A stretch of DNA of 64,000 bases, taken from the human T2T-CHM13v2.0 reference genome, Homo sapiens. The position numbers and the translations under genes were made by a program. Below, piece by piece: positions 1-36,343 of this stretch. Where the stretch lies: the NCBI RefSeq assembly GCF_009914755.1, contig NC_060941.1; one strand, 5' to 3'. How positions within the stretch are numbered: the first letter of the stretch is position 1; every line of letters begins with the position of its first letter. Under the pieces are notes generated by a model that was not told the origin of the DNA, ran no database searches, and saw only the letters and a program-made list of their open reading frames with translations.

Positions 1-416
1 AAGCGATCCGCTCCCTCGGCCTTCCAAAATGCTGGGATTACAGGCGTGAGCCACCGTGCCCAGGCCTTTTCTGAACTTTTAATTGCTTCCACCAACCCTC
101 CAAAAAATTATGATTTGAGTGAGTTCTGAATCTGTACATTAAAATGAACTTTAAATATATCATGTGTATTTTTATAAACAAAAGTGTAATATGGAAAAAT
201 ATCATGACTCGTGACTAACAGTGTAGAGTTTTAAAAAACTTACTATGAGAAGCAAAAAGGACTTCAGACGAGCGTTCTAAATGTTATATATTGATTTTTA
301 AAATAGTGAAATCCAACAAGAACTAATTCGTGTCTTCAGCACAAAATGGTAGGAGTATATTTCTTAATTTAATTTTGCTATATAATGTAGTTATACATTA
401 TTTTATTTCATCACAG

Positions 417-542
417 ACAAAATATATGTAGAGTTACATCAAAATAGTCCAGTCCTTATCTGTATGGATTTTAAGCTTTCTAAAAAAGAAATAGTGGACG
501 CCACCTACTTATGGATTGGGCCTAATGAAAAGACGTTAACAG
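417..542 (+). CDS. ZPBP2: ZPBP2 coding exon (exon 3; first in window)
   Basis: cacag|ACAAAATA...TTAACAG|gtaaat; encodes [42 protein letters not shown], recognised as zona pellucida binding protein 2; 126 nt, phase 1-1. Confidence 0.96.
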
Positions 543-1186
543 GTAAATTTGATTTTAATATGTACTTTTTTAATGATGTGAACATATTTTTAGAAAATCA
601 CTGTTACTTATTGGAAAGAACAAATTGAAATTTAATTTTAATGGCAGTTTCTCTTGCTCCCTACTTAGAAAAATCATGTTATATTTTGGCCACTTCCTTA
701 TTTTCTCCTTATGCAAAAACTGAAGCAGTAATTTTTGTGCCCTGCTTCTCAGAGCTGTATTAATTCAAAGGTCTTTATAAAACCTAAAATTTATCATTGT
801 AGTACCAGTAATAGGAGATGAAATAACTAATATATAATTTTTCATCATGTTAGAGTGCCTTGGAACATAAGTATTATTAATTAGTTTCTTGTCTGAAGAA
901 ATTGTATAGTAGTACAGAGCAGTGCAATCTCTTTTTCTGAATTACTGGGATGAACCAATTGAAACTAGATGCCAAGAAACAAAGAAAACCAAAATATATT
1001 TCAAAAGTGTACTTATCTCATGTAGTCTTCCACAGAGTAATATGACAGAATTAAGATTTTGTGGGATCCTTAAAGTTGAGATAGTTCATTAATTTTTAAA
1101 ATTTTTGTATCTATTTGTAACTCCAAGTGTACTAAATAATGCTTGATATGTTATATGTTAAATAAGTAATTTACTATTCTGTTTAG

Positions 1187-1348
1187 GAAATAATAGAATA
1201 AATATAACTGAAACTGGACAGCTGATGGTGAAAGATTTTTTGGAGCCTTTGTCTGGACTTTACACATGTACTCTTTCTTATAAGACTGTTAAAGCAGAAA
1301 CTCAAGAAGAAAAAACAGTCAAAAAGAGATATGACTTTATGGTCTTTG
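1187..1348 (+). CDS. ZPBP2: ZPBP2 exon 4
   Basis: tttag|GAAATAAT...GTCTTTG|gtaag; [32 protein letters not shown]...YDFMVF (Ig-like YTC motif). Confidence 0.96.
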
Positions 1349-1992
1349 GTAAGAATTTAGGCACATTTTAACTTATACATTTAGTTTGGATCGTAATTAA
1401 GTGTATGGTTTCTTCATTTAATGAAAATGAGTCTGTAATAGGTGACTGTCACCAATTATGACTTACAAAATATTTTGGGATGTATTTGACTAAGCAAACT
1501 CTTAAGTTGACATCAAGATAGTTTATCCTAAATAATCTTCTTTCAGCTCCCTACTTGCCTCTATCTAGATATGTAAGCGCATCTACTTTATCACAATTTA
1601 GCAGGTAATTTAAAAACTGATCTTTAATTCTATAAAAGCAAGTTAATGATCCTTTCACTGGGTTGTGCTGACAGCAATGACAATTTCTGTGAATTAAGGC
1701 CCTCCCCAAAAAGTCTTTCTTTTTCTTGATACTGTTATCTGTATAGCCAACCCACAGAAGCCATTTCTCTTGTTGTACCAAGTAGATAATGTATCAGATG
1801 AAAATAACATTTTTCATTAAAGTTAATAGTTTTATGTATTTTTGTGAGGACTAACTGATAAAACGTTATGTTTCTATGCTGACTGCAAGATTGATGGGAT
1901 TTAGTATTACATAGTATTTGAAAATTGTTTGGTAGAGGAAATTAATGCTAGGTACGATTGTTTTCACTCTCATCTTTCTTTTTTTTTTAAAG

Positions 1993-2211
1993 CCTATCGG
2001 GAACCTGATTATTCATATCAGATGGCTGTACGTTTTACCACAAGGTCTTGTATAGGGAGATACAATGATGTATTCTTTAGAGTGCTGAAGAAAATCTTGG
2101 ATAGTCTAATTTCTGATTTGTCATGCCATGTCATAGAGCCATCATATAAATGCCATTCTGTTGAAATTCCAGAACATGGCCTCATACATGAGCTATTTAT
2201 AGCATTTCAAG
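1993..2211 (+). CDS. ZPBP2: ZPBP2 exon 5
   Basis: taaag|CCTATCGG...TTTCAAG|gtaaaa; [26 protein letters not shown]...LFIAFQ, inside ORF 1929..2333. Confidence 0.97.
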
Positions 2212-2766
2212 GTAAAATTTTTAAAATTTCTTTAATTTTGAATTTAGTCCTGAACCATAATAGATTACAAAATTACCATATTAATATAAGATATTTTAAA
2301 AGTAATAGGTCTTACATGTTTGTTAAGCACTAAAGTATGTAGTTGACCTTAGCCTGTTTATGGTTTTAAAACTTAACACACTAATTAATTACTTTCAAAT
2401 ATGACATATTGTTGCTTCTTAAAAATCAATATTTTATTAATACAGCCTTTATGCAGCTAATATTTCACTTATAACTTCTTACAGAATTTTAAATTGTATT
2501 TTTGAAAACTTAGTAAAAGTGAATAATCAAACCAAATTTATTTCTATTCATTTTAAAGCCTTGTAGTTACTTACATTAGCCCCCAGATGCAGTGAAACCA
2601 TCAAGTATAAATTATTCAAATTGTGCACCTTGTTTTATTACTAGGATTAGATAGCTGGACTAAACATGTGCCTGCATGCACATGGAATTCAGCACTTGGA
2701 CCTTTATTGAAATGTTTGGAACTTTTCAGAATCCCTTTGTGAGTCTATCATTTTTTTTCTCTTCAG

Positions 2767-2849
2767 TTAATCCTTTTGCGCCGGGGTGGAAAGGTGCTTG
2801 CAATGGATCTGTTGACTGTGAAGATACCACTAATCATAATATCCTCCAG
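2767..2849 (+). CDS. ZPBP2: ZPBP2 exon 6
   Basis: ttcag|TTAATCCT...CTCCAG|gtgaga; [28 protein letters not shown]. Confidence 0.96.
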
Positions 2850-3703
2850 GTGAGAATTTCATGGTAAGGAAGAAGTATTTGTCTTTTTCTTTTTTTAGAG
2901 ACAGGGTGTCACCCAGGCTGGAGTGCAGTGGTGCGACCATAGCTCACTGCAGCCTCAAACTCCTGGGCTCAAGTGATCTTCCTCCCTCAGCCAAGGAGGA
3001 AGTATTTGAAAATCAATAAAGCTATTTAAAACATTTTTGTAAATACTTCGTTATATTGAAACGTTTCTTTAAAAACCTATTTCTCCATCTTGTGAATATT
3101 TATCAATAATAAAATCATTTCTAAGGAGGAAAAATTATTTTTTAAAAAACGAATATAAAGTATTAATAATATTGATTTTTTAAGTATTATTGATTTTTGG
3201 TTTCAGTTTTTTAAACTGAGATTATGAGATTCTTAGTTATTTCAAGATGTGATTTTTTTTTCTTTCTCAAAAGAGAGCTGGAGTATCAAGATGTGTTATT
3301 TTGGAGTAGCACATCTGTAATATTAGATAGTTCCCAAGGTTAGTATTATGTATTTTATCTATGACAGAAGGATAGATCCCTGGTCTTTGTTCCCCAAATG
3401 ATGATTAAATAGTGGCTTAAAGAACAACTTCACAAACATGTCACCCTACGTTAAGCCAATGGTGCTTCCAAAATTATATCTATATTGGTCATACTAGTTG
3501 CTCTCCCCTCTACCATCCTCAGAGGCAAAGGACATAGTCTTAAAAATCCCTTCACTCTCTGGTCTAGTTCCTGAGCTCATGTCCTTAATTGTTATTGTGC
3601 ATGGCTTATGAGAAGCACTTAGTTAAAATTAGTTATTATTAAATTCTGTGCTCAAAAACCCAAAATTTACATCATCGGTTTATAATGCTGATTAAAGAAA
3701 AGT

Positions 3704-5941
<2,238 letters not shown>

Positions 5942-6404
5942 AAAGCCCAAATTTCTAAATATAGTTATTTTAATGTATATTAACTCTTCCTGATGTACTC
6001 TCTTGTATTATAAACATTTCTATAATGTTCTGTCTTAAGCTACTGTACAATGAAGGAAAACAGAATGGTCCTACCTGGAAAGCAGAGAACTAGGAAATAG
6101 GAACTAGAAAACTAGAAATAGGAACTCATAAATGGGGCACTGCAGAAGATACTGTAAAATGCTGATAGTAAAAGAAAAAATAGGATTCTCACTTTCTCCT
6201 ATCTTTAAGATCATCAAATTATAAAGTTTGAAACTCACATAATCTTCCACAACTTAAATGGGCTGAACATTACCTGGTATAATATAGGTACTGAAATGGT
6301 ATGATATTAAAGGCAGATTTATATTGTTGGTATAGAATACCTCCAAGTAGTAGAGGCATAAAATATCTCTAAATTATAATTACTCCCTGTGTTTTCCTCT
6401 GCAG

Positions 6405-6532
6405 TGGTTTGTAGTCCTGCGACTTTTAGTCCTGATGTTAATGTAACTTGTCAGACCTGCGTTTCCGTCCTTACCTATGGAGCTAAATCTTGCCCACAAA
6501 CTTCAAACAAAAATCAGCAATATGAAGATTAG
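6405..6532 (+). CDS. ZPBP2: ZPBP2 last coding exon (to TAG)
   Basis: tgcag|TGGTTTGT...GAAGATTAG; [42 protein letters not shown]; the six exons (899 nt) stay in frame. Confidence 0.96.
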
Positions 6533-6841
6533 AGGTGAAAGCATTGTTACTTACTTGTGGAAGTCGGGGACATAAGATGATTTTCACATCCCAGAGCATC
6601 ATAGATAGTTCCATTAAGTAAAATCAGTAAGACCAAACCACTGGAAAACATGCATTTTGGAAACTTTAAAATAAATGGTTAACATGGCATTTCTAAGAAG
6701 GCATTTAATCCAGTATCTCTAGTGTACAAAGGAAACTTGAAGTTTTAATGGATTATTTTTAATGAAATGTTTTATTGTTTACAAACGGTATGTTGCTGTG
6801 TACCTAAGAGTATAGTAAGGTCAAGAAGAGTATCAAAGTAT

Positions 6842-6852
6842 AATAAAATAAA
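6842..6852 (+). terminator. ZPBP2: ZPBP2 polyadenylation signals (overlapping AATAAA x2)
   Basis: AATAAAATAAA ~310 nt after the stop, followed by T/GT-rich sequence. Confidence 0.7.
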
Positions 6853-8149
6853 AATTGTATACTCTCCATATATTTATTTGTTTGGAATCACTCTTGTGTG
6901 ATATAAAGGCGTGTATATTATCTTTGTATTAGAACCAAAAAAGTTATTTATTTTGGTCCCTATGATTTTATTTTTTAAGATAAATTAATATACTGTATTT
7001 TTTAAAGTATAGGTTTAGGTTTACAGAATAATAGAGCAGATAATATATAGAGTTCCATACACCCACTGCACCCCATACCCTCATTCCTCCTTACACAATT
7101 TCTCCTATTATTAAGATGGTGCATTAGTGTGGCACATTTGTTACAAATGATGAACCAATATTAATTTATTATTAATTATAGCCCATAGTTCACATTAAGA
7201 TTCATTGTGTTGTAAGGTTATGTGGGTTTTGACAAATTCATAATGGCATGTGTGCACCATTGCAGTCTCATACAGAATAGTTTCACCACCCTCAAAATCC
7301 TGTGCTTCACTTATTTATCCCTCCCGCCGTGCCCTGGCAACCACTGATCTTTTTACTGTCTCTACAGTTTTGCCTTTTCCAAAATGTCATGTAGTTGGTT
7401 GGAGTTATGCAGTATGTAGACTTTTTAGACTGGCTTCTTTCACTTAGCAATATGCATTTAAGGTTCCTCCATGTCTTTTTGTGACTTGATAGCTCATTTT
7501 TTATTGCTGAATAATGTTCATTGTATGGATATAGCATAGTATGTTTATCCATTCGCCCATTAAAGGAAATCTTGATTGCTTCCAGTTTTCAGTGATTAAA
7601 AATAAAGCCGCTATAAACATTTGTGTGCAGGTTTTTGTATGAACATAAGTTTTCAACCCAATTGTGTAAATAACCTAGGAATATGACTGCCGGAGTGTGA
7701 CTATGTGTAGTTTTATGAGAAACTGCCATACTGTCTCCCAAAGTGGCTTACCGTTTTGCATTCACCAGAAATGAAAAAGTATTCCTGTTATCCTTATCTT
7801 TCCCAGCATTTGGTATTGTTAGTTTTTTTTTATTTTGACCATTCTAATAGGTGTATGGTGGTATTTTATTGTTTTAATTTGCAATTCCCTAATGGCATCT
7901 GATGTTGAACATCTTTTCATATGGTTATTTGCCATCTGTGTATCTTTTTGGTGAGGTGTCTGTTCATATCCTTTGCCCATTATTTAATTGGGTTCTTAAT
8001 TCTCTTATTGTTGAATTCTAAGAGTTCTTTGCATATATATATATATAGTTGTTGTTGTTGTTGTTCTTGTTGTTGTTGTTGTTGTTTTTGAAACAGAGTC
8101 TTGCTCCATCGCCCAGGCTGGACTTCGTATATTTTGGATACAAATTTTT

Positions 8150-9115
8150 TTTTAGTTAATCTTCCGATTTATTTTCTTAGTAATTTTAAAAGACATTAAG
8201 TTCATTAACACAATAAATTAAAGACTATATTAATAGATTGCAACATATATGCGTGTAATATATATGATAATAAAATTACAAAAGACAAGAAAGAAAGTGA
8301 AGCAATGTTGAAGGCAAGGTTCTGTATTTTCCTAGAACTAAGTTTTACGTATTATTCTGAAGTAGACTGTGATAGGATAATACGCATATTGCAATCACTG
8401 GCACTACCACTTAGAAAACAACTGAAATAATACAACTCAAAAACAGAAAAACTGAAAATCTACACTGGAAAACATTATTTAACAAAAAAGCCAGTTAAAG
8501 ATAAAATAAAGAACAACAACAACAACAAAAAGACAGAAGAAATACAGAAAACAATTAGCAAAATGGTAAATTTAAGTACAACCATGTCAACAATTGTATT
8601 AAATGTTATAGTTCTAATGCAATCAAAAGGCAGAAATTGTCAGACAGACTGAGTAAAAAGAAAAATTCAACCATCACTACCTGCAAAAGAAATGCATCAG
8701 ATTCAAAGACACTAATAGTCCCAAAGTAAAAATAAAAAATATAGACACTATATAAGCAGTAACCATAATATAGGTCAAATGAATATATCTATATCAGGCA
8801 AAATAGATGTTAAAGCAAGTACTACTCAGCATGAAAGGGGTATTTCATAATGAACACAGGTTAAATACATCAAGAAGAAATAATGTATCTGCACCTAACA
8901 GAGCTTCAAAATATTCAAGTCAAAATGTAAAGAATTAAAAAAAGGAAAATAGATAACTTGATAACAATAATTGAATATTTCAATAATGTACTCTCAATAA
9001 TTGATAGAACAGCTGGTACAAAAACCAAAAGGATGTAGAAGACATAGACAACATTATCAACCAGCTTGAGCTGACTGACATCTGACAAGGTGACATCTTT
9101 TTTTTTCTTTTTTTC
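8150..9115 (-). mobile_element. Orphan L1 3'-transduction-like insert carrying opposite-orientation old L1 sequence
   Basis: TSD caaattttt at 8141-8149 and 9116-9124 ending in TTTT/AA; polyT 8145-8153; TTTATT 8168-8173; T-rich block 9098-9114 at its 5' end. Confidence 0.6.
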
Positions 9116-10905
9116 CAAATTTTTAATTAAATACAAGTTTGCAAAGATTTTTTCACATTCTTTGTGAAAATTTGCGAAAAAAATTCTTTCGCTTTATTCC
9201 TTCAGCTTTTCATTCCTTCAACAATGCCTTTCACAGAGAAGAAGTTTTTAATTTTAATAAAATCCAACTTGATAATTTTTCTTTCATGGCATGCCTTTGT
9301 TGTCATATCTGAAAACTCATTGCCAAACCTAAGGTAACTAGATATTCCTGTTATCTTCTAGAAGTTATATAGTTTTATGTTTTATATGTAAGTCTAAGAT
9401 CCATTTGGAGTTAATTTTTATGAAAAGTATAAATTGTATGTCTAGATTCATTTTTTTGCATATTGATATCCAATTGTTCCAGCACCATTTGTTGAACAGA
9501 CTGTTCTTTCTCCATTGAATAACATTTGCTCCTTTGCTCCTTTGTCAAAGATTAGTTGACTACATTTGTAAGGGTCTATGTGTGGGCTCTTTATTCTGCT
9601 CCATTATCATTTTGTCTATTATTTTGTCAATACCACACTGTCTTGATTACTGTATAGTAAGTCTCACATTTGAGTAGCGTCAGTCCTCTGACTTTGCTCT
9701 TTAGTTTGGTGTTATTCTGAGTCTTTTGCTGCTCCATGTAAACCTTAGAATCATTTTGTTGATAACCACAAAATAACTTGCTTGGAGCTTGTTTAGGATT
9801 ACAGTGAATCTATACGTCAAGTTGGGGAGAATTAACATGATAACAATACTAGGTCTTCCCATCTATGAATGGAATATCTCTCCATTTGTTTAGATATTCT
9901 TTGATTTATTGGAGTTTTGTGGTTTTCCTCATATACATCCTGTACATTTATTATTATATTTATGCCTTAATATTTAATTTTTTCATGCTAATATAAATGA
10001 TACTGTGCTTTTAATTTCAAAGTCCAAATGTTCATTGCTGTTATATAGAAAGGCAATAGACTTTTGTATATTAACCTTATATCCTGTGACTTTACTATAA
10101 TTACTTAGTTCCAGGAATTTTTTGCCTATTCTTTGGGATTTTCTACATTGACAATCATATCATCTGTGAACAAAGACAGTTTTATTTCTTCTTTTCCAAT
10201 CTGTATACCTTTTATTTTCCTTCTTATCTTATCGCATCAGCTAGGACTTTGAGTATAATGTCGAATAAGAGTGGTGAGAGGGGATATCCTTGCCTCATGC
10301 CCAGTCTAAAAGAAAGGGAAAACATCTAGTTTCTCACCATTAAGTGTGATGTTAGTTATAGACTTTTTGTAGACTTTCTTTGTTAAGTTAAAAAATCCCC
10401 TCTATTCCTAGTTTGCTGAGAATTTTTATCACAAATGGGTAGTAGATTTTGTCAAATGCATTTTCTGCATTTATTGATATGGTCATATGATTTTTCTTTA
10501 GCCTGTTAATGTTATGGATTACATTAATTAATTTTTAAATGTTGGACCAGCATTGCATATTTGGAATAAATCCTTCTCGGCTATGTGAATAAATATTTTT
10601 ATACATTGTTGGATTTAATTTGCTAATATTCTGTTAGGGATTTTTGCATTTATGTTCATGAGATATATTAGTCTGGAGTTTTACTTTTTGTAATATCTTT
10701 ATCTGGTTTTAGTATTAGAGTAATGCTGGCCTCATAGGATATGAGTTAGGAAGTATTCCCTTTGCTTCAGTTTTTATGGAAGAGATTATAGAGAATACGT
10801 ATCATTTATTTCTTAAATGTTTGGTGGAATTCACCAGTAAAGCTGTCTGGGCCTCTAACAAATACTAGAATGTACTTAAAAATCATAGTGAAGGGGCTGG
10901 AATAG

Positions 10906-11458
10906 TGTAGCAGGCAGAATAAGGGCCTCTCAAGGATGTCCACATCTTCATCCACAAAACCTGTGAATATGTTAAATTACATGTAAAGGTGAATTAAATA
11001 AAGTTACGCAGAATTAAGGTGGCTAAACATTAAAATAGGGAGATTATATTTGATTATCTTGGTGGGTACAATGTAAACACAAGGGTCTTTATGAAACAGG
11101 AAGAAGGAAACAAATGAGAAAGAGAAAGAGGTGGGGATGGCAGAAGCAGAGTCAGAGAGATGTTATGTTGTTGGCTTTGAACACAGAGGAAGACAGCCAT
11201 GAGCCAAGGAGTGCAGGTGGCCTCTAGAAGCTGGAAAAGGCAAGGAAATGGTTTCTGTAGAACCTCCAAACAGGAACAAAGTCCTGCAAACACCTTGTGT
11301 TTAGCCCAGTGCGACTCATATTGTATTTCTGGCCTACACAATTGTAAGATGGCAAATTTTTGTGATTTTGTTTTGTTTTGTTTTTTAGAGACAGGGTCTC
11401 ACTATATTGCCCAGGCTGATCTTGAACTCCTGGGGAATTTGTGTTGTTTTAAGCCACT
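10906..11458 (+). mobile_element. MLT1D-like MaLR LTR (truncated at its polyA site), interrupted by a short antisense Alu fragment ~11368-11434
   Basis: tgtagcaggcagaataagggcc...cctgtgaatatgtta...gtgttgttttaagccact matches the MLT1D consensus as recalled. Confidence 0.8.
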
Positions 11459-11612
11459 AAAAACCAAAACAACAACAACAACAACAACAAAACTATCTGG
11501 GCCTGATGCTTTCTGTCTTGGAAGGTTATTAATTATTGATTCAATTTCTGGCTGGACATGGTGGTGCACACCTGTAATCCCAGTACTTTGGGAGGCCGAG
11601 GCTGGCAGATCA

Positions 11613-11897
<285 letters not shown>

Positions 11898-12558
11898 TCA
11901 GAGTATCTGTTTCTTCTTGTATACATTTTGGTAGGTTTTGTCCTTTAAGTAATTTGTTCATTTCATCTCAATTATCAAATTATAGAATTATTTATAATAT
12001 TCCTTTATTATCTTTTTAATGTCATTAATGACATTAATGTTTAGTAGTGATAATCCCTCTTTTATTTCTGATATTAGTAATTTGTGTCTTCCCCTTTTTT
12101 TTCTTGGTTAGCCTGGCCAGAGTTTTATCAATTTTACTGATGTTTTCTAAGAACCAGCTTTTGGTTTCCTTGATTTTCTCTGTTGATTCCCTGCTTTCAA
12201 TTTAATTGATTGTTGCTCTAATTCTTATTAGTTCTTTTTTTCTGCCTGCTTTAGGTTTATGTTGCTCTTCTTCCTGTAGTTTCCAGAAACTTGTACCTCT
12301 AATCTAAGGCACATGCTTAGATTATTGATTTTATATTTTTCCTATTTTCTGATATGTGCATTCAATGCTATCAATTTCCCTCTAAACATTTGCTGAATCC
12401 TACAAGTTTTTATAAGTTGTATTTTCATTTTTGTTTAGTTTAAAATATTTTAAAATTTCTTTTGAGATTTCTTTGACCCATGTGTTATTTAGATGCCTAT
12501 TGTTTAATCTCCAAATATCTTTTAATTTTCCAGCTATCTTTCCATTATTGATTTTTAG

Positions 12559-12822
<264 letters not shown>

Positions 12823-13659
12823 TGAACTCCTGACCTTGCAATCCGCCCGCCTCGGCCTCCCAAAATGCTGGGATTACAGGCATGAGCCACCAGGCCCGGC
12901 TTGCTTTTATTGTTTTAAATGTGATCAGTACTCGGGAGGCTGAGGTAGGAGGATCGCTTAAGGCCAGGAGTTTGAGACCAGCCTGGGCAACATAAGCATC
13001 TCTTAAAAATTTTTTGCTCAGGTACTCTGTTAACAATGTCCAGAATGTTGTTTATCTTGGTGAATGTTTCATGTGAGCTTTAGGAGAATATGTATTCTGC
13101 TATTGGTGGATGGAGATTCTGTAAATGTCAATTAGATCCAGTTGATTGATGATGCCATAATTCAACTATATCTTTACCGATTTTCTGCCTGCTGCATTTG
13201 TCCGTCACTGATAGAAGAGTGTTGATGTTTCCAAGGATAATAATGGGTTTGTCTATTTCTCTTTGCAGTTCTGTTAGTTTTTAACCCACCTATTTTGATG
13301 CTCTGTTGTTAGGCACCTATAAACGACTGTTATGTCTTCCTGGAGAATTGACCCCTTTATCATTATGTAATACCATTCTTCATCCCTGATAATTTTCCTT
13401 GTTCAGAAATCTACTTTGTCCAAAATTAATATAGCTACTCGAGCTTTCCTTTGATCAGTGTTAGCATGGTATACTTTTTTTTCTTCCTTTAACCTAATGA
13501 TAACCAGTTGCTGATAGGTAGCTATTCTGAAATGAGGACTTTCTGTCAAGATAGTGATGTTTTATTTTCACTGTGAGCTGGCTTTGTTTCCTGCATAACT
13601 ATAACAGATTGCTAATTAACATTGATAAATATATCTCATTACTTTTTCCAATCACCATA

Positions 13660-14152
13660 CAGGTTGAGTATCCCTTATTCAAAATACTTGGGGCCAAGCA
13701 TGGTGGCTAACATCTGTAGTCCCAGCACTTCAGGAGGCTGAAGCAGGAGGATCACTTGAGGCCAGGAGTTTGAGACCTGCCTGAGCAACATAGTGAGACC
13801 CCGTCTCTACAAAAAAAAAAAAATTAAATAGCTAGGTATGGTGGCATGTACCTGTAGTCTCAGCTACTCACAGGCTGAGCTATGATTATGCCACTTCACT
13901 TCATCCTCAGTGACAGAGCAAGACCCTCTTTAAAAAAAAAAGACAAAAAACCTTGGGGCCAGCAGTGTTTCAGATTTCAGATTTTGGAATATTTGCATTA
14001 TATCTACTGGTTGAGCATCCCTAATGCAAAAATCAAAAATGCATCCCTAATCCGAAATCAAAAGTGCTCCAATGAGTATTTCCTTTGAACATCATGTTGA
14101 CACTTAGAAAAGTTTCAAATCTTAGATTTTCAAATTAGGGATACTCAAACTG
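13660..14152 (+). mobile_element. Tigger4/MER46 (TcMar) MITE with internal AluJ (~13692-13948)
   Basis: TIRs CAGGTTGAGTATCCCT ... AGGGATACTCAAACTG flanked by TA target duplication. Confidence 0.85.
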
Positions 14153-14344
14153 TATCTTTCCAAAATAAAGCAGTTCTAATTCCACCGCATATTGGGGGCT
14201 AAATTTTACCAGTACTGCTTATGTATCCTGCCGTGGTTTTCTAAGTGTGTTATATATTTACAGTTTTGTCTCTTGAAATAGACAATTTTACTCTGGCATA
14301 GAGCTATTTATTACTTCTAATGACATGTTGATGCTACTTTTAGG

Positions 14345-19870
<5,526 letters not shown>

Positions 19871-20044
19871 TAAGTTTTGTAATCATTTAATTTTTACATC
19901 AAAGGTGTAATGCGTATGCTTTGCAACTTTCTTTACCCATATTTTAAAAAATTCTGTTAACACATGAAGATTTGATTCCATTCCTCCTCTATTCCACTAC
20001 ATTAATATGGCAATATGTATTATTTTCCATCTATTAACTGTATG

Positions 20045-23040
<2,996 letters not shown>

Positions 23041-23182
23041 CAGGTTAATGACTAGGTTACCCTGAAATAGGCTAATGCATTATTCTTTTCCATAATAGCA
23101 CATCTCATTTTGAAACAGTAGAACTTCATAAAAGTGAGAAAGAGAGTATGAACATTTTAGTGGTAGGATTCTAAAGTGATTA

Positions 23183-34120
<10,938 letters not shown>

Positions 34121-34339
34121 GCCTGATGATAAAAACAGCAATCTCCTGTCTACCCCTCAGTCCCACACCTGCCAGCCTGCACTCCTTTCATTGCTTTCTA
34201 GCTTCCAAAGATGTGTTAAAGTTTCTTATCTGCTGCTGCATTCTTTCTATCCTTGTAGGTTTATACAAAGTTTTTCTATTGCTTTACTGTCATTTAGTGA
34301 GGCTTCAAAAGACAAAATTAACATGCACAACCTGCCACT

Positions 34340-34345
34340 TTTAAT
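34340..34345 (-). terminator. GSDMB: GSDMB polyA signal ATTAAA
   Basis: TTTAAT on + strand ~190 nt past the stop, followed on - strand by T-rich sequence. Confidence 0.75.
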
Positions 34346-34534
34346 CAGAAGTCCATGTATGAAATCCAGGCTGGTTTTGGATGTTAACATGGAGCGAATG
34401 GGATACATCAAAGAATGGTTGGCTGCTTGTTTTAAAGAGGTCCCACTGGTGACAGGATGGTAGTGGCGATGGCAGTGAGGACAGACTGGTAAAGGGAAAA
34501 CCCAGAGGCTTGTGGGGAGAAAGGGCTTTTGTAG

Positions 34535-34798
<264 letters not shown>

Positions 34799-35049
34799 TC
34801 ATGGCACTCTTTCCTGCAGAGCCCGGAGAGCTTCATACTCTCTCAACATAGTGGCAGGCTCTGCTAGTCAGTCTGCATGGGAACTCAAGATCATACCAGC
34901 TGCTGTCCTGGGACTAACCAATTTGCAGCCCTCTCTTGCCCACAGATAAAAAACAGAGCCTAAAGAACCCACCACAAATTGTTCTGGCAACTCTCTGTCC
35001 AGGGAATTGTCACAAACCAGCTGCATGGATGTGAGCCGGCAGAAAACTA

Positions 35050-35283
<234 letters not shown>

Positions 35284-35402
35284 TCACACCCAGAACATGT
35301 ATCATCAAAAGGTTCCAGAGAGCCCCTGGGAGTGCTAGATGAGACTTACTCCAAACAGGCCTCTGCTGTGACTCCTGCTTCCCTCTTGGCCTGCAGGAGT
35401 CA

Positions 35403-35708
<306 letters not shown>

Positions 35709-35746
35709 CTAGGGCCAGGAAGTGTGGGAGATGAGCAGCAGTCTCA

Positions 35747-36058
<312 letters not shown>

Positions 36059-36343
36059 TTATTTGTCTGACTGTCTTCTGGAGACCACCTCTTTGTATCT
36101 TCCCTTCTTCCAGTCTTTCCGTGTTAAAATTAAGCATCCTTCTTCCAAGATACCTACCATCATTGCCTCCCACTGACCCCACTTCCATCTTCCATCTCCC
36201 CAGCTCACCCCCAGTCTAGTCCCAACCCCAAATTCTTCTCCACTTCCTGGAAAAAAACAAAAACTTGGTTATTTGGCCCTTGCCATTCAAAGTGCAGTCC
36301 TCAGGCCACACTAGAAGTAATTAGGATTTGGAGAAAGTTAAAG

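Noticed and set aside
1929-2333. 134-aa ORF as a standalone gene (likewise ORFs overlapping GSDMB/ORMDL3 exons)
   Set aside because: Only the central part is exon; the flanks are intron read-through bounded by AG/GT
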